Positions 16,368 to 26,117 are shown, counted from the first letter of the stretch. The stretch: DNA of 64,000 nt from Dehalococcoidia bacterium (GCA_965203995.1 OZ241962.1:1610311-1674310), one strand, 5' to 3'. Notes: a model not told the origin generated them from the sequence alone. Numbers and translations: made by a program.

Positions 16368-18428
16368 ATGAACGCCCGGACCCATGCTGAGTTGGCGAAT
16401 TTTATCTGGAGCATCTGCAACCTGCTGCGCGGGCCGTACAAGCGGAACGAGTATCGCAAGGTCATCCTGCCACTGACCGTGCTGCGGCGATTTGACTGCG
16501 TGCTGGCGGGCACGAAGGCGGACGTGCTCGCGGCTGCTGAGCAGACCAAGGGCCAGGGTGAGACCATGCGGGACATCGCTCTGAGAGGTGTGTCGGGCTA
16601 CGAGTTCTATAACAGCTCTCGGCTCGATTTCCAGCGGCTCCTGGACGACCCGAACCACATTGCCCAGAACCTGAACGCCTACATCGCAGAGTTTTCGCAG
16701 AACGTGCGCGAGATTATGGAGCGCTTCGCCTTCGGCCAGCAGATCGCCAGGATGGACGAAAGGAACCTGCTCTTCCAGGTTGTACAGTCGTTCGCGAACG
16801 TGGACCTCTCGCCTGGGCGCGTCGACAACGTCCAGATGGGATACGCGTTCGAGGAGCTGATCCGTATCGGAGCGGAGCAGGCGAACGAGGAGGCCGGCGA
16901 GCACTTCACTCCGCGCGAAGTGATTCGTCTGATGGTGAGCTTGCTTCTATCGGATGAACCCGACCTGGGCCGCAGCCATGTGGTCAAGAAGATCTACGAC
17001 CCGGCCTGTGGGACGGGGGGAATGCTCTCGGTGGCTGAAGACTTCTTGAGGGAGCACAACGCCGAATCGCTGCCGGTGCTCTTCGGGCAGGACATCAACG
17101 ACGAAGCGTGGGCGGTCTGTAGGTCGGACAGGCTGCTTAAGGGGGATCGTGCCAACAACATCGTGCTCGGCGATAGCTTCACCAGTGACGGCTTCCGAAG
17201 GCAGGAGGGTGGGAAGTCCTGGACGTTCAACTACATGCTCGCCAATCCGCCATTTGGGGTGGAGTGGAAGCAGCAGCGACGGACAATCGAGCAAGAACGA
17301 AACACGATGGGATTCGAGGGTCGGTTCGGTGCCGGTCTGCCCCGGATCAATGACGGCTCGCTCCTGTTTCTGCAACACATGCTCTCGAAGATGGAGCCTG
17401 TGACGGACTCCGGCGAGGGCGGCAGCCGGATCGCGATCGTGTTCAACGGCTCGCCGCTGTTCACCGGCGACGCCGGCAGCGGCGAGAGCAACATCCGGCG
17501 CTGGATCATCGAGAACGATTGGCTTGAGACGATTGTCGCGCTGCCCGACCAGCTCTTCTACAACACCGGCATCTCGACCTACATCTGGATTCTGACCAAC
17601 CGCAAGGAGGAGCGCCGGCAGGGCAAGGTGCAACTTATCGATGGGCGTCAGTTCTCCGTCAAGATGGGCAAGAGCCTGGGCAACAAGCGCAACGAGCTGT
17701 CGGACGAGCAGATCGCGGACCTTACCCGTATCCATGGCAACTTCGAGGACGGCGAGACACGCGACCTGCCCTACGAGGACCCGGTGACGCACGACATGCG
17801 CTTGCGGCCGCGCGTGGTGAGCAAGGTGTTCGAGAACCAGGACTTCGGCTACCGCAAGATCACGGTTGAGCGCCCGCTGCGGTTGAACTTCGCCGCGACT
17901 CCGGAACGGGTCGAACGGCTCGATGGCGTGAAAGCGTTCCGCAAGCTCGCCGAAGGCAGACAGCAAGCGATACACAAACTGCTTGCGGCCCACGCCGAAG
18001 CGACCGGTGGCGGACTCTGCCGGGATCGGGACCTCTTTGAGCAACTGCTGGACGACACTGCTGCGGATTGCGAGATACGGATATCGGCGCCGGAGCGAAA
18101 GGCGGTACTTGGCGCGCTCGGGGAACGCGATACCGACGCCGAAATCTGTCTGGACCGGCACGGCGATCCAGAGCCGGACCCCGAGCTGCGCGACACCGAG
18201 AACGTGCCGCTCAGCGAGGAATTCGCCGATTACATGAAGCGCGAAGTCCTGCCGCACCTGCCCGACGCCTGGGTCGACACGAGCAAGACGAAGATCGGCT
18301 ACGAGATTCCGCTCAATCGCCACTTCTACGTGTACGAGCCGCCGCGCCCATTGGAGGAGATCGAGTCTGACATTCAGTCGTTGGAGCGGGAGATTGTCGA
18401 GTTGCTGTCCCAAGTGGGGAGGAACTGA
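16368..18428 (+). CDS. hsdM: Type I restriction-modification system methyltransferase subunit HsdM.
   Basis: HsdM N-terminal domain (ANFIWSICNLLRG...YRKVILPLTVLRRFDCVL). Motif I DPACGTGGMLS. Motif IV LANPPFG. Confidence 0.9.
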   Translation: MNARTHAELANFIWSICNLLRGPYKRNEYRKVILPLTVLRRFDCVLAGTKADVLAAAEQTKGQGETMRDIALRGVSGYEFYNSSRLDFQRLLDDPNHIAQNLNAYIAEFSQNVREIMERFAFGQQIARMDERNLLFQVVQSFANVDLSPGRVDNVQMGYAFEELIRIGAEQANEEAGEHFTPREVIRLMVSLLLSDEPDLGRSHVVKKIYDPACGTGGMLSVAEDFLREHNAESLPVLFGQDINDEAWAVCRSDRLLKGDRANNIVLGDSFTSDGFRRQEGGKSWTFNYMLANPPFGVEWKQQRRTIEQERNTMGFEGRFGAGLPRINDGSLLFLQHMLSKMEPVTDSGEGGSRIAIVFNGSPLFTGDAGSGESNIRRWIIENDWLETIVALPDQLFYNTGISTYIWILTNRKEERRQGKVQLIDGRQFSVKMGKSLGNKRNELSDEQIADLTRIHGNFEDGETRDLPYEDPVTHDMRLRPRVVSKVFENQDFGYRKITVERPLRLNFAATPERVERLDGVKAFRKLAEGRQQAIHKLLAAHAEATGGGLCRDRDLFEQLLDDTAADCEIRISAPERKAVLGALGERDTDAEICLDRHGDPEPDPELRDTENVPLSEEFADYMKREVLPHLPDAWVDTSKTKIGYEIPLNRHFYVYEPPRPLEEIESDIQSLEREIVELLSQVGRN

Positions 18429-18485
18429 CCCATTGCCGACGATAAACTCGACCGAGCACAGATTGCGGTGCGGTCTCTCTAGGCG

Positions 18486-18932
18486 GTGACCCTGATGCCC
18501 GATTCTCAAGCGTTGGACGAGCGATCTCCAGCCGTCCGCACTCACCTAGAGATGATGCAGGGCGTCATCGAGCGAATGGCGAGCAATAGCCGCTCGTGCA
18601 AGGTCTGGTGCGTGACGCTCGTTGCCGCGGTCTTGGTGCTCGTGGCGCGAACGGGCGAGTCGCAGCACGCTCTCATCGCGCTCGTGCCGACCGCGCTGTT
18701 TCTGGTGCTCGATGCCTATTATCTGGCGTTGGAGCGGGCATTCATTTCTTCCTACGACAGGTTCGTGTCCCGGCTGCACGGGCGAGCCCTAGCTTCGGAG
18801 GAGCTGTTCGCCATTTCGCCATCAGGCTCCATTCCGCGGACGGCTCTCCGCGCCGTGTTGTCCTTTTCCATATGGCCGTTCTACGCTCTGATTCTTGCCA
18901 CGACATTGCTCGCGTGGCTATTGATCCTCTAG
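18486..18932 (+). CDS. Small membrane protein with three predicted TM helices, 148 aa, of unknown function, encoded inside the hsdM-hsdS operon.
   Basis: Hydrophobic helices VWCVTLVAAVLVLVA, ALIALVPTALFLVLDAYYLAL and LRAVLSFSIWPFYALILATTLLAWLLIL. The gap to hsdM is 58 nt and the gap to the downstream TIR gene is 14 nt. Confidence 0.5.
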   Translation: MTLMPDSQALDERSPAVRTHLEMMQGVIERMASNSRSCKVWCVTLVAAVLVLVARTGESQHALIALVPTALFLVLDAYYLALERAFISSYDRFVSRLHGRALASEELFAISPSGSIPRTALRAVLSFSIWPFYALILATTLLAWLLIL

Positions 18933-18946
18933 GACCGGAGGGAACG

Positions 18947-19516
18947 ATGGCCAACAGGGCACCTCGGCATCAAGTGTTCGTCAGCTTTCATGAAGACGAT
19001 ATGAAGTACAAGAATCTCTTCGTCGCCAGAATGCGGGGCCGAATCCGCGACCGGTCCGTGGACACAGGCAACATCGATGACACGAACCTGAAGACCGACA
19101 CCATCCGGAACAAGATTCGCGACAGGTACATCCGTGACGCAACAGTGACTGTGGTCTTGATTGGCCCTTGCACGTGGCAGAGAAAGCACGTGGACTGGGA
19201 GATCGGTGGAAGCCTCCGAAGCACCAAGCGCAACCGAAGATGCGGGCTCGTAGGGATTTTGTTGCCCAATCACCCTGACTTTGGGAAGCGGCGACGGAAC
19301 CTGCAGCGTGTTCCGCCGCGGCTAGCGGACAACGTTGGAGGCCTCGACCCATACGCGCGGATCTACGATTGGCCTGAGCCTTGGGCACCTGCGCGGGTTG
19401 CCGACTGGATCCACAGCGCGTTCGTCCGGCGAGACGGGGCTCCACCAGACCAGAGCAGGCAGTCGTTTGGTCGCAACTGGACTCGGCGCCGTTGCTCTCA
19501 AGGCTGGGCCCAGTAG
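18947..19516 (+). CDS. ThsB-like TIR-domain protein (Thoeris ThsB / DUF1863 TIR-like family).
   Basis: Start at the internal ATG that has a GGAGGG ribosome-binding site. From memory it aligns block by block with Bacillus ThsB: QVFVSFHEDD versus RVFFSFHYQD; ATVTVVLIGPCTWQRKHVDWEIGGSL versus TSVTCVLIGSQTFNRRWVRYEIMKSI; LVGILLPNH versus IIGIHINAF; ARIYDWPEPW...VADWIHSAF versus YRVYDWVADDGYNKFSSWVNSL. Its stop codon abuts the hsdS start codon. Confidence 0.75.
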   Translation: MANRAPRHQVFVSFHEDDMKYKNLFVARMRGRIRDRSVDTGNIDDTNLKTDTIRNKIRDRYIRDATVTVVLIGPCTWQRKHVDWEIGGSLRSTKRNRRCGLVGILLPNHPDFGKRRRNLQRVPPRLADNVGGLDPYARIYDWPEPWAPARVADWIHSAFVRRDGAPPDQSRQSFGRNWTRRRCSQGWAQ

Positions 19517-20908
19517 ATGACCCTTAGACCAGCGAGCAAACTCCGCGTGTACGCGCGCGTCCGAGACCCGGGCTTCGAGTGGCTTGGCGAAGTGCCGGAA
19601 CACTGGCAAACGACGCGACTGGCCTACTCCGCCCTCAGATCGGATGTGAAGCTGGAACCTGACCAAGCGGAGGGTTTGCCTTACGTTGGGCTGGAGCATG
19701 TCGCGTCCTGGACCGGGCGACTGCTGCCGCTCGATGACCAAATGACCCCCGAAGGCGCGGCCAATGCCTTTGAGAGCGGCGATGTGCTGTTTGGGAAGCT
19801 GCGACCTTATCTGGCAAAGGCGGTGTGTGCCGATTTCGATGGCGTCTGCTCCGCAGAGTTCCTGGTGCTGAAATCGAGAGACTATGAGCGTCGCTACTTG
19901 CTGTACTTGTTGCTGACGGACGGCTTCATTTCCCACGTCGATTCGTCCACGTACGGGGCCAAGATGCCGAGGGCGAGCTGGGACTTCATAGGGGACTCAC
20001 TGCTGCCCGTTCCACCCCTCGATGAACAGCGCGATATTGCCGACTTCCTCGATCAGGAGACGGAGCGGATTGACTCGCTGATTGCGAAGAAGCGATTGCT
20101 GATTGAGCGGCTGCAGGAGTATCGGACGGCACTGATCACGCGCACGGTGACGCGCGGTCTCCCAGCCGAGGCCGCCCGCGCCGCCGGCCTCGACCCATCG
20201 CTCCGCCTCAAGCCCTCTGGCGTGGAGTGGCTGGGAGATGTCCCTGAGCATTGGCAAGTGGCTCGTCTGAAGTGGTCGCGGGCAGCAGCGGTCAATGGAG
20301 TGTGGGGAGAAGAGCCCGACGGAGAGAACGACATCCCGTGCGTGCGCGTCGCGGACTTTGATCGCCAGTCGTTTCGTGTGCGATTCGCAGAACCGACTAT
20401 GCGTTCTGTCGTCGCTGCCAAACGCGACGGTCGTGAACTTCGGCCAGGCGACTTGCTGCTCGAAAAGTCAGGGGGAGGCGAACACCAGCTTGTGGGTTGC
20501 GTCGTCCTCTTTGACCATGAGCAAACGGCGGTCTGTTCCAACTTCATCTCACGAGTGTCGCCTGCGGAGGGCGCGTATCCTGGCTATTGGATGTACGCGC
20601 ACGCTGCACTCTATGCAGGCCGCCTCAACTACCCAGCGGTGAAGCAAACAACTGGCATTCAGAATCTCGACGCCGATGCCTATTTCGACACTCTCTTCGT
20701 CTTTCCGCCTCACTTGGAGCAAAAGCAAATCGCCGAGTTCCTCGATGGCGAGACTTCAAGAATTGATGGCCTCCTGAATCGAGTGGAGGTTGCGATCGAG
20801 CGGCTCCACGAGTATCGCACCGCCCTCATCACTGCAGCGGTGACGGGCAAGATCGACGTGCGGGATGACGCTAACTCTGGCCGAGGCTCCGTCGAATCAG
20901 GGCCCTGA
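19517..20908 (+). CDS. hsdS: Type I restriction-modification system specificity subunit HsdS with two target-recognition domains.
   Basis: Conserved HsdS central and distal repeats: GDVLFGKLRPYLAK, LQEYRTALITRTVTRGL and LHEYRTALITAAVTGKIDVRD. Two variable target-recognition-domain-like regions. Confidence 0.85.
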   Translation: MTLRPASKLRVYARVRDPGFEWLGEVPEHWQTTRLAYSALRSDVKLEPDQAEGLPYVGLEHVASWTGRLLPLDDQMTPEGAANAFESGDVLFGKLRPYLAKAVCADFDGVCSAEFLVLKSRDYERRYLLYLLLTDGFISHVDSSTYGAKMPRASWDFIGDSLLPVPPLDEQRDIADFLDQETERIDSLIAKKRLLIERLQEYRTALITRTVTRGLPAEAARAAGLDPSLRLKPSGVEWLGDVPEHWQVARLKWSRAAAVNGVWGEEPDGENDIPCVRVADFDRQSFRVRFAEPTMRSVVAAKRDGRELRPGDLLLEKSGGGEHQLVGCVVLFDHEQTAVCSNFISRVSPAEGAYPGYWMYAHAALYAGRLNYPAVKQTTGIQNLDADAYFDTLFVFPPHLEQKQIAEFLDGETSRIDGLLNRVEVAIERLHEYRTALITAAVTGKIDVRDDANSGRGSVESGP

Positions 20909-21254
20909 CCTCTACGGGCGTGTCGAGATTTCGTAGTGCGCCCCGTTGGACTCGAGCGAGGAGCGAGGGCGAGAGAGGCTGATGAGTCTCGTACCTGCCT
21001 TCGGCGACTCGGCTCTCGATCAGCTCCAGGTCAGGCAGCGCTGCGCCCAGATAGAAGATGCAGGAGTTATGTGTCGGATACGGATGCTCGCCGGGAGCCA
21101 CAACGACGCAGTCGGCGTTGCAGGTTGGTCTCCTGGCCGGGTCGTGGGTCGTGAAGTTGGCTGCGGCCACACTGCCATCATCCGCAGCATCGGACAGGAT
21201 GATCCAGAGGTGGTTCTTCGCGTCGAGACCGAAGAACGTGTCTCCGACGTTCAC
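20871..21254 (-). CDS. Hypothetical 127-aa protein translationally coupled downstream of a Panacea (DUF4065) antitoxin gene. Candidate toxin partner.
   Basis: ATGA overlap (4 nt) with the upstream DUF4065 gene. No recognisable domain (MNVGDTFFGLDAKNHLWIILSDAADDGS...). Its 3' end overlaps the 3' end of hsdS in a convergent arrangement. Confidence 0.35.
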   Translation of the reverse strand: MNVGDTFFGLDAKNHLWIILSDAADDGSVAAANFTTHDPARRPTCNADCVVVAPGEHPYPTHNSCIFYLGAALPDLELIESRVAEGRYETHQPLSPSLLARVQRGALRNLDTPVEVRALIRRSLGQS

Positions 21255-21805
21255 CCGGCGCGTACCAGCTGGGTCCGCATCTGATAGACGGCTTCGGCAT
21301 TGTCAGTGGCCAACCCGATCGCGTAGTCGCTGTAGCCGGCGTAGCGCAGGATGTCGACCGGATCGATCGGAATCGAGGAATCGCCAGGATCCTGCCACTC
21401 GGGCAGGGCCTGTGTCTGGCAAACCACCTGCGAGGAGCGCAGCTTACCGAAGGTCTCGTGGATGTCGTTGAGCATGGCCACATCGAATTCAGAGAGCTGA
21501 TTCGACTCAGCGCCGCCGCACAGCGAGACCTCAAAGTATTGCCGCTTGACGTAGCGATGCCAGATCGAGTCCTCGGCTGGATGCTCCTCCAGTATGAGTT
21601 CGAGCACCTGGCAGGGCGTCGGCCCGTGCTTCATCGAGGCGTAGTGGTCTCTGGTGATTGGAGCCTCCGTCTCGATCAGGGCGGCGCGGTCGGCGAGGTA
21701 GAGCAACTTGACCAACTTGAGGTAGTCCATCGAGCCGCCGGCGCGCTCCAGAAGGATCGAGGCGGCCTGGGCCGCACGGTGCTCGTCGAACACGAATCTC
21801 ATCAT
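21251..21805 (-). CDS. Panacea-domain (DUF4065, SocA/GepA-like) antitoxin-type protein.
   Basis: MMRFVFDEHRAAQAASILLERAGGSMDYLKLVKLLYLADRAALIETEAPITRDHYASMKHGP matches the DUF4065 core (..Kl.KLlYlaD...l...g.pit...y.a...GPv). Start chosen at the internal ATG pair. The longer upstream extension in the ORF track looks non-coding. Confidence 0.75.
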   Translation of the reverse strand: MMRFVFDEHRAAQAASILLERAGGSMDYLKLVKLLYLADRAALIETEAPITRDHYASMKHGPTPCQVLELILEEHPAEDSIWHRYVKRQYFEVSLCGGAESNQLSEFDVAMLNDIHETFGKLRSSQVVCQTQALPEWQDPGDSSIPIDPVDILRYAGYSDYAIGLATDNAEAVYQMRTQLVRAG

Positions 21806-21923
21806 GGCGGTCACTCTATCCCTTTGGCGGCAATTGTTGCGTGAGGGGATCGGGTCGTCAAGACGCCGGGCCAGGCGGCGGTATCGTGGGCAAAGATCGA
21901 TAGTGCAAGCGGAGACGGTCTCG

Positions 21924-24900
21924 ATGACCACCCAGACCAAAGAGCAGGCGTTCGAGGCGACGGTCGAGTCGATCCTGCTTGATGTCGGCTGGGTCAAGGG
22001 CGTTCGTGAGGATTGGGATGTCGACCAGGCGCTGTTCGCCGAGCCCGCAATCGCGTTCATGCGGGACACGCAGCCCGAACAGTGGAACAAGATGCGGGAG
22101 CTGCACCAGGATGCGCTCGAATCGCGAATTGTCGAGGTGCTGTTGAAGGAGCTCGACAACAAAGGCTCACTGCACGTCCTGCGTCATGGGTTCAAGTTCT
22201 TCGGCCAGACCTTTCGCCTGGCCTACTTCAAGCCGGCGCACGGTCTCAACGAGGAGGCGCAAAGGCGGTTCGAGCGCAACGAGCTTTCGGTGACCCGCCA
22301 GGCGCGCTGTCATCCCAACAAGGGTCACGAGATCGACCTGCTGTTCGCGCTCAACGGCATCCCGGTTGCGACTTGCGAGCTCAAGAATCCGATGACCGGC
22401 CAGACCTGGAAGAGCGCCACCCGGCAGTACCAGCAGGATCGCGATCCCAACGCGCCGCTGTTCCGATTCCAGAAGCGAGCCCTCGTCCACTTCGCCGCCG
22501 ACACCGACGAAGTCCACATGACCACGAAGCTGCAGGGTGGCGAGACTCGCTTTCTCCCGTTCAATCGAGGCAGCAATCCTGGCGGAATCGAATGCGGCGC
22601 CGGTAATCCGCCCGATCCGTCCGGCTATCGGACGAGCTACTTCTGGAAAGAGGTGCTGGAACGCGAGCGCTTCCTCGACATTATCGGGTCATACATCTTC
22701 ACCGAGACGCGCGAAGAGAAGATCGAGGACGCGAGCGGTCCACGCACAGTGAAACGCGAGTCTGTGATCTTCCCGCGCTACCACCAACTCGACTCGGTCA
22801 ATCGGCTGGTCAAGACGGCGAAGGCCGAAGGCGCCGGCCACAACTACCTGATCCAGCATTCGGCCGGCAGCGGCAAGACGAACAGCATCTCCTGGCTCTC
22901 GCACCGGCTCGCCAGCCTGCACACCGACGACGACGAGAAGGTCTTTGATTGCGTGATCGTGATCACCGATCGCCGCGTGCTCGACCGTCAGCTTCAAGAC
23001 GCCATCTACCAGATCGAGCACGCGCAAGGAGTCGTCAAGCCGATCGACCAGGACTCGCGCCAGCTCGCCACAGCGCTAATCGACGGGACCAAGATCGGCA
23101 TCACCACGCTGCAGAAATTTCCCTTCGTCATGAGGGGCCTGCTCGCGGCCGCGGGCGCCGAATCGCTCGATGACCCGTCCGAAGTGGAGAAACAACAGCA
23201 AGCCGAGTGGCGGAAGGCGATCGCCAAGCGGCGGTACGCGGTCATCGTCGACGAGGCGCACTCCAGCCAGTCGGGCGAATCCGCGCGGGAGATGAAGGGA
23301 GTTCTCGGATCGCGAGCGCAGGAGGCGCTGGAGACCGGCGAAGTTGGTGAGGACATGCTCAATGCAGTGGTAGAGGCGCGCGGCCCGCAGCCGAACCTCT
23401 CGTTCTTCGCCTTCACCGCGACGCCCAAAGGGAAGACGCTGGAGCTCTTCGGCCGTAAGCCAGCCCCGGACCTGAATCCGCTCCCGTTCCACGTCTACAG
23501 CATGCGACAGGCGATTGAGGAAGGCTTCATCCTCGACGTGCTCCAGCGCTACATCGACTACGACGCCTACTTCAAGCTAGTGAAGGAAGCTGAAGACGAC
23601 CCGGATCTGCCCAAGCGTCGAACGTCGACGGCGATCGCCAAGTTTGCGCACCTGCACGAGCACAACATCGCGCAGAAGACGGAAGTGATCGTCGAGCATT
23701 TCCGCAACAACGTGCGGTTCCTAATGGACGGCCGAGCCAAGGCGATGGTGGTCACGTCATCGCGCCTCCACGCGGTGCGATACATGAAGGCCTTCAAGAA
23801 GTACATCGCCGAACAGGGATACCAGGACGTGCGCCCGCTAGTGGCCTTCAGCGGGACGGTCCACGATCCGGACACGGGCGAGGATTTCACTGAGCCAGGT
23901 ATGAACCTTGATGTCGTGACCGGCAAACCGATCGGCGAGTCGGCGCTGCCTGCGCGGTTCGCCTCGTCCGACTACAACGTCTTGCTCGTGGCCGAGAAGT
24001 ACCAGACCGGCTTCGACCAGCCGCTGCTCCAGGCGATGTACGTCGACAAGCGCCTCGACGGCGTTCAGGCAGTTCAGACGCTCTCACGCCTGAATCGCAC
24101 CGCGTTGGGCAAGCAGCCGCCGTTCGTCCTCGACTTCGTCAACGACCCCGAGGACATTCGGAAGGCGTTCAAGCCGTACTACGACCAAACCCAGTTGGAC
24201 GAGGAATCTGATCCATACCGCCTGGAGGAGCTGAAACACGAGCTCGATCAGACACAGGTCTACCACTGGAGCGAGGTCGAGGCGTTCGCGCAGGCCTTCT
24301 TCAGCCCGGGAACCGGCGGGGTGAAGAGCATTCACGCCCAACTGACGAGCCTGCTACAGCCGACTGTCGAGCGATTCCGCGAGTTGGACGACGAGGGACA
24401 GAAAGAGTTTCGCGACCGCTTGCAGGCATTCGTGAATCTGTACTCCTTCCTCAGCCAGATCATCCCCTACGGCGACCACGACTACGAGCGACTCTCCGCG
24501 TTCGGTCGCGCGCTGCTTCCGCATGTGCGAGCGGCCAGGGAGGACGTGATCGACATCGGCAACGATGTGGAGCTTGAGTTCTACCGACTCACACAGCAGT
24601 CTGTTGGAGCCATCCAGGTAGCAGAAGGCGCGCCCGAGTATGTCGCAAGCCCGACTGAGGTGGGTACCGCTGATCCCGAGGAGGAGCGGGCGCCGCTCTC
24701 GGAGATTATCGAGAATCTTAATGATCGGTTCGGGACGGAGTTCAAGGAATCGGACCGGCTGTTTTTCGAGCAGATCAAGGAGAGCGCCGTCGAGAACGAG
24801 ATGATTCGCCAGACAGCTCTGGCGAATTCGCTCGACAACTTCAAACTCGTCATCAGCCCTCGGATCCAGCACCTCATGTACGAGCGGATGAGCGAAAACG

Positions 24901-25040
24901 ACGCGCTGGTATCGAGAGTCATGAATGAGCCAGAGTTCCAGCAGATCGTGCTCGCGGGCTTGGTCCGCGAAATCCACGAAGCGGCTGGTGCCCTGGGAAG
25001 AGAAGAACCCCAGCAACTTGTCGGGGCGTCGGACGCCTAG
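21924..25040 (+). CDS. hsdR: Type I restriction enzyme endonuclease subunit HsdR.
   Basis: Walker A IQHSAGSGKTNS, DEAH box VIVDEAHSSQSGE, an SF2 helicase C-domain, and an N-terminal nuclease region. Start set at the ATG that has an upstream GGAGACGG ribosome-binding site (MTTQTKEQAFEATVESILLD...). Confidence 0.9.
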   Translation: MTTQTKEQAFEATVESILLDVGWVKGVREDWDVDQALFAEPAIAFMRDTQPEQWNKMRELHQDALESRIVEVLLKELDNKGSLHVLRHGFKFFGQTFRLAYFKPAHGLNEEAQRRFERNELSVTRQARCHPNKGHEIDLLFALNGIPVATCELKNPMTGQTWKSATRQYQQDRDPNAPLFRFQKRALVHFAADTDEVHMTTKLQGGETRFLPFNRGSNPGGIECGAGNPPDPSGYRTSYFWKEVLERERFLDIIGSYIFTETREEKIEDASGPRTVKRESVIFPRYHQLDSVNRLVKTAKAEGAGHNYLIQHSAGSGKTNSISWLSHRLASLHTDDDEKVFDCVIVITDRRVLDRQLQDAIYQIEHAQGVVKPIDQDSRQLATALIDGTKIGITTLQKFPFVMRGLLAAAGAESLDDPSEVEKQQQAEWRKAIAKRRYAVIVDEAHSSQSGESAREMKGVLGSRAQEALETGEVGEDMLNAVVEARGPQPNLSFFAFTATPKGKTLELFGRKPAPDLNPLPFHVYSMRQAIEEGFILDVLQRYIDYDAYFKLVKEAEDDPDLPKRRTSTAIAKFAHLHEHNIAQKTEVIVEHFRNNVRFLMDGRAKAMVVTSSRLHAVRYMKAFKKYIAEQGYQDVRPLVAFSGTVHDPDTGEDFTEPGMNLDVVTGKPIGESALPARFASSDYNVLLVAEKYQTGFDQPLLQAMYVDKRLDGVQAVQTLSRLNRTALGKQPPFVLDFVNDPEDIRKAFKPYYDQTQLDEESDPYRLEELKHELDQTQVYHWSEVEAFAQAFFSPGTGGVKSIHAQLTSLLQPTVERFRELDDEGQKEFRDRLQAFVNLYSFLSQIIPYGDHDYERLSAFGRALLPHVRAAREDVIDIGNDVELEFYRLTQQSVGAIQVAEGAPEYVASPTEVGTADPEEERAPLSEIIENLNDRFGTEFKESDRLFFEQIKESAVENEMIRQTALANSLDNFKLVISPRIQHLMYERMSENDALVSRVMNEPEFQQIVLAGLVREIHEAAGALGREEPQQLVGASDA

Positions 25041-26117
25041 TAGGAACCGGGCGCACCCCTGGAATTGCTTGACTTAGATGCCAGCAGAACAGGCTGCGCG
25101 CCGTGCGAACGAAGAGGGACTTTGCGCGATACGAGTTGCCCAACTCGCGCCAAACCCGACAAAGGACTCTCTGTACCGCGCCAGTTCCTCGACATGTTTC
25201 CTGTCCGCCTCCTCATGACGCGGGAGTTGGTCGTCTCCACTTGCCGGTAGTACGCACTCTTCAATGCTCTCGCGGATCTCGAAACCTGACCCAGTGTGTT
25301 GGGAACTCCGCTTTCGGAAGGTCCTGGTTGTGATCGCACAACTGCCTCGTGACCCTGGGCTGCCCTTCGCGGCTCTGGTCGCCTTCAACGTCACTCTTGT
25401 GATGAGGGAGGCTGAAGACGGGATGAGAACACTGCGAGCAAGCGAGGTCCAGGCTAGATAGAAAAAGAAGCCTGACCGGGGGGCGTGCAGGTCGCGTGGG
25501 AGGCGTTTACACCAACTGCAAGGCAGGGTTGTGCGGCCTGATCGGTCGCCGACTGACCAGCGCTTCGCATCGGGGCAGCGAATGCAAAGGACAACGGCAC
25601 CAGACCCTTGAGGAGCGGCACTTTCGCTACTCGAGATCAAGCGCATCGTGATCAGCCATCACACCGCCACACACGGGGAAGTCTGCCACCTGCTTGATCG
25701 GATCATCCGCCGAGAGGGCACCCACCGCTCATTGCTCCCACCGGAGCTCAAAGGCCCCTCCTAGATGAGCATCGAGGAACTGGCGGCGGAGATGGAAAGC
25801 GACCGGGGCAAGTTCGAGTGAATCCAGCCGGTGGATTCTGTGGAGAGCGGCGCGACCGACAGGCGACTCGAACTTGGCGATGCTCAGTCGGACATGGAGA
25901 GCAGGAATCAATGCCTGATAGGCGGGTTGCTATAGCAGAGCTGCTCTCAGTCGATCAAGAGGGGGATTTCATTGGGATGGGCGGACAAATGTCTTGGAGG
26001 CTAGAATCTACCAAGATTGCCATCGACAGGGGCAAGCTCCATCAATCCACAATTGCTCAAGCGCTTGTTCAGTTGCAGGGCTAGAAGCCGCTGGCTAGAA
26101 TAGTGTCTGCCACAACG

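Noticed and set aside
16947-18545. A 532-aa minus-strand ORF overlapping hsdM.
   Set aside because: It is antisense to a confident hsdM gene. Its composition is low-complexity and Arg/Leu/Val-rich.
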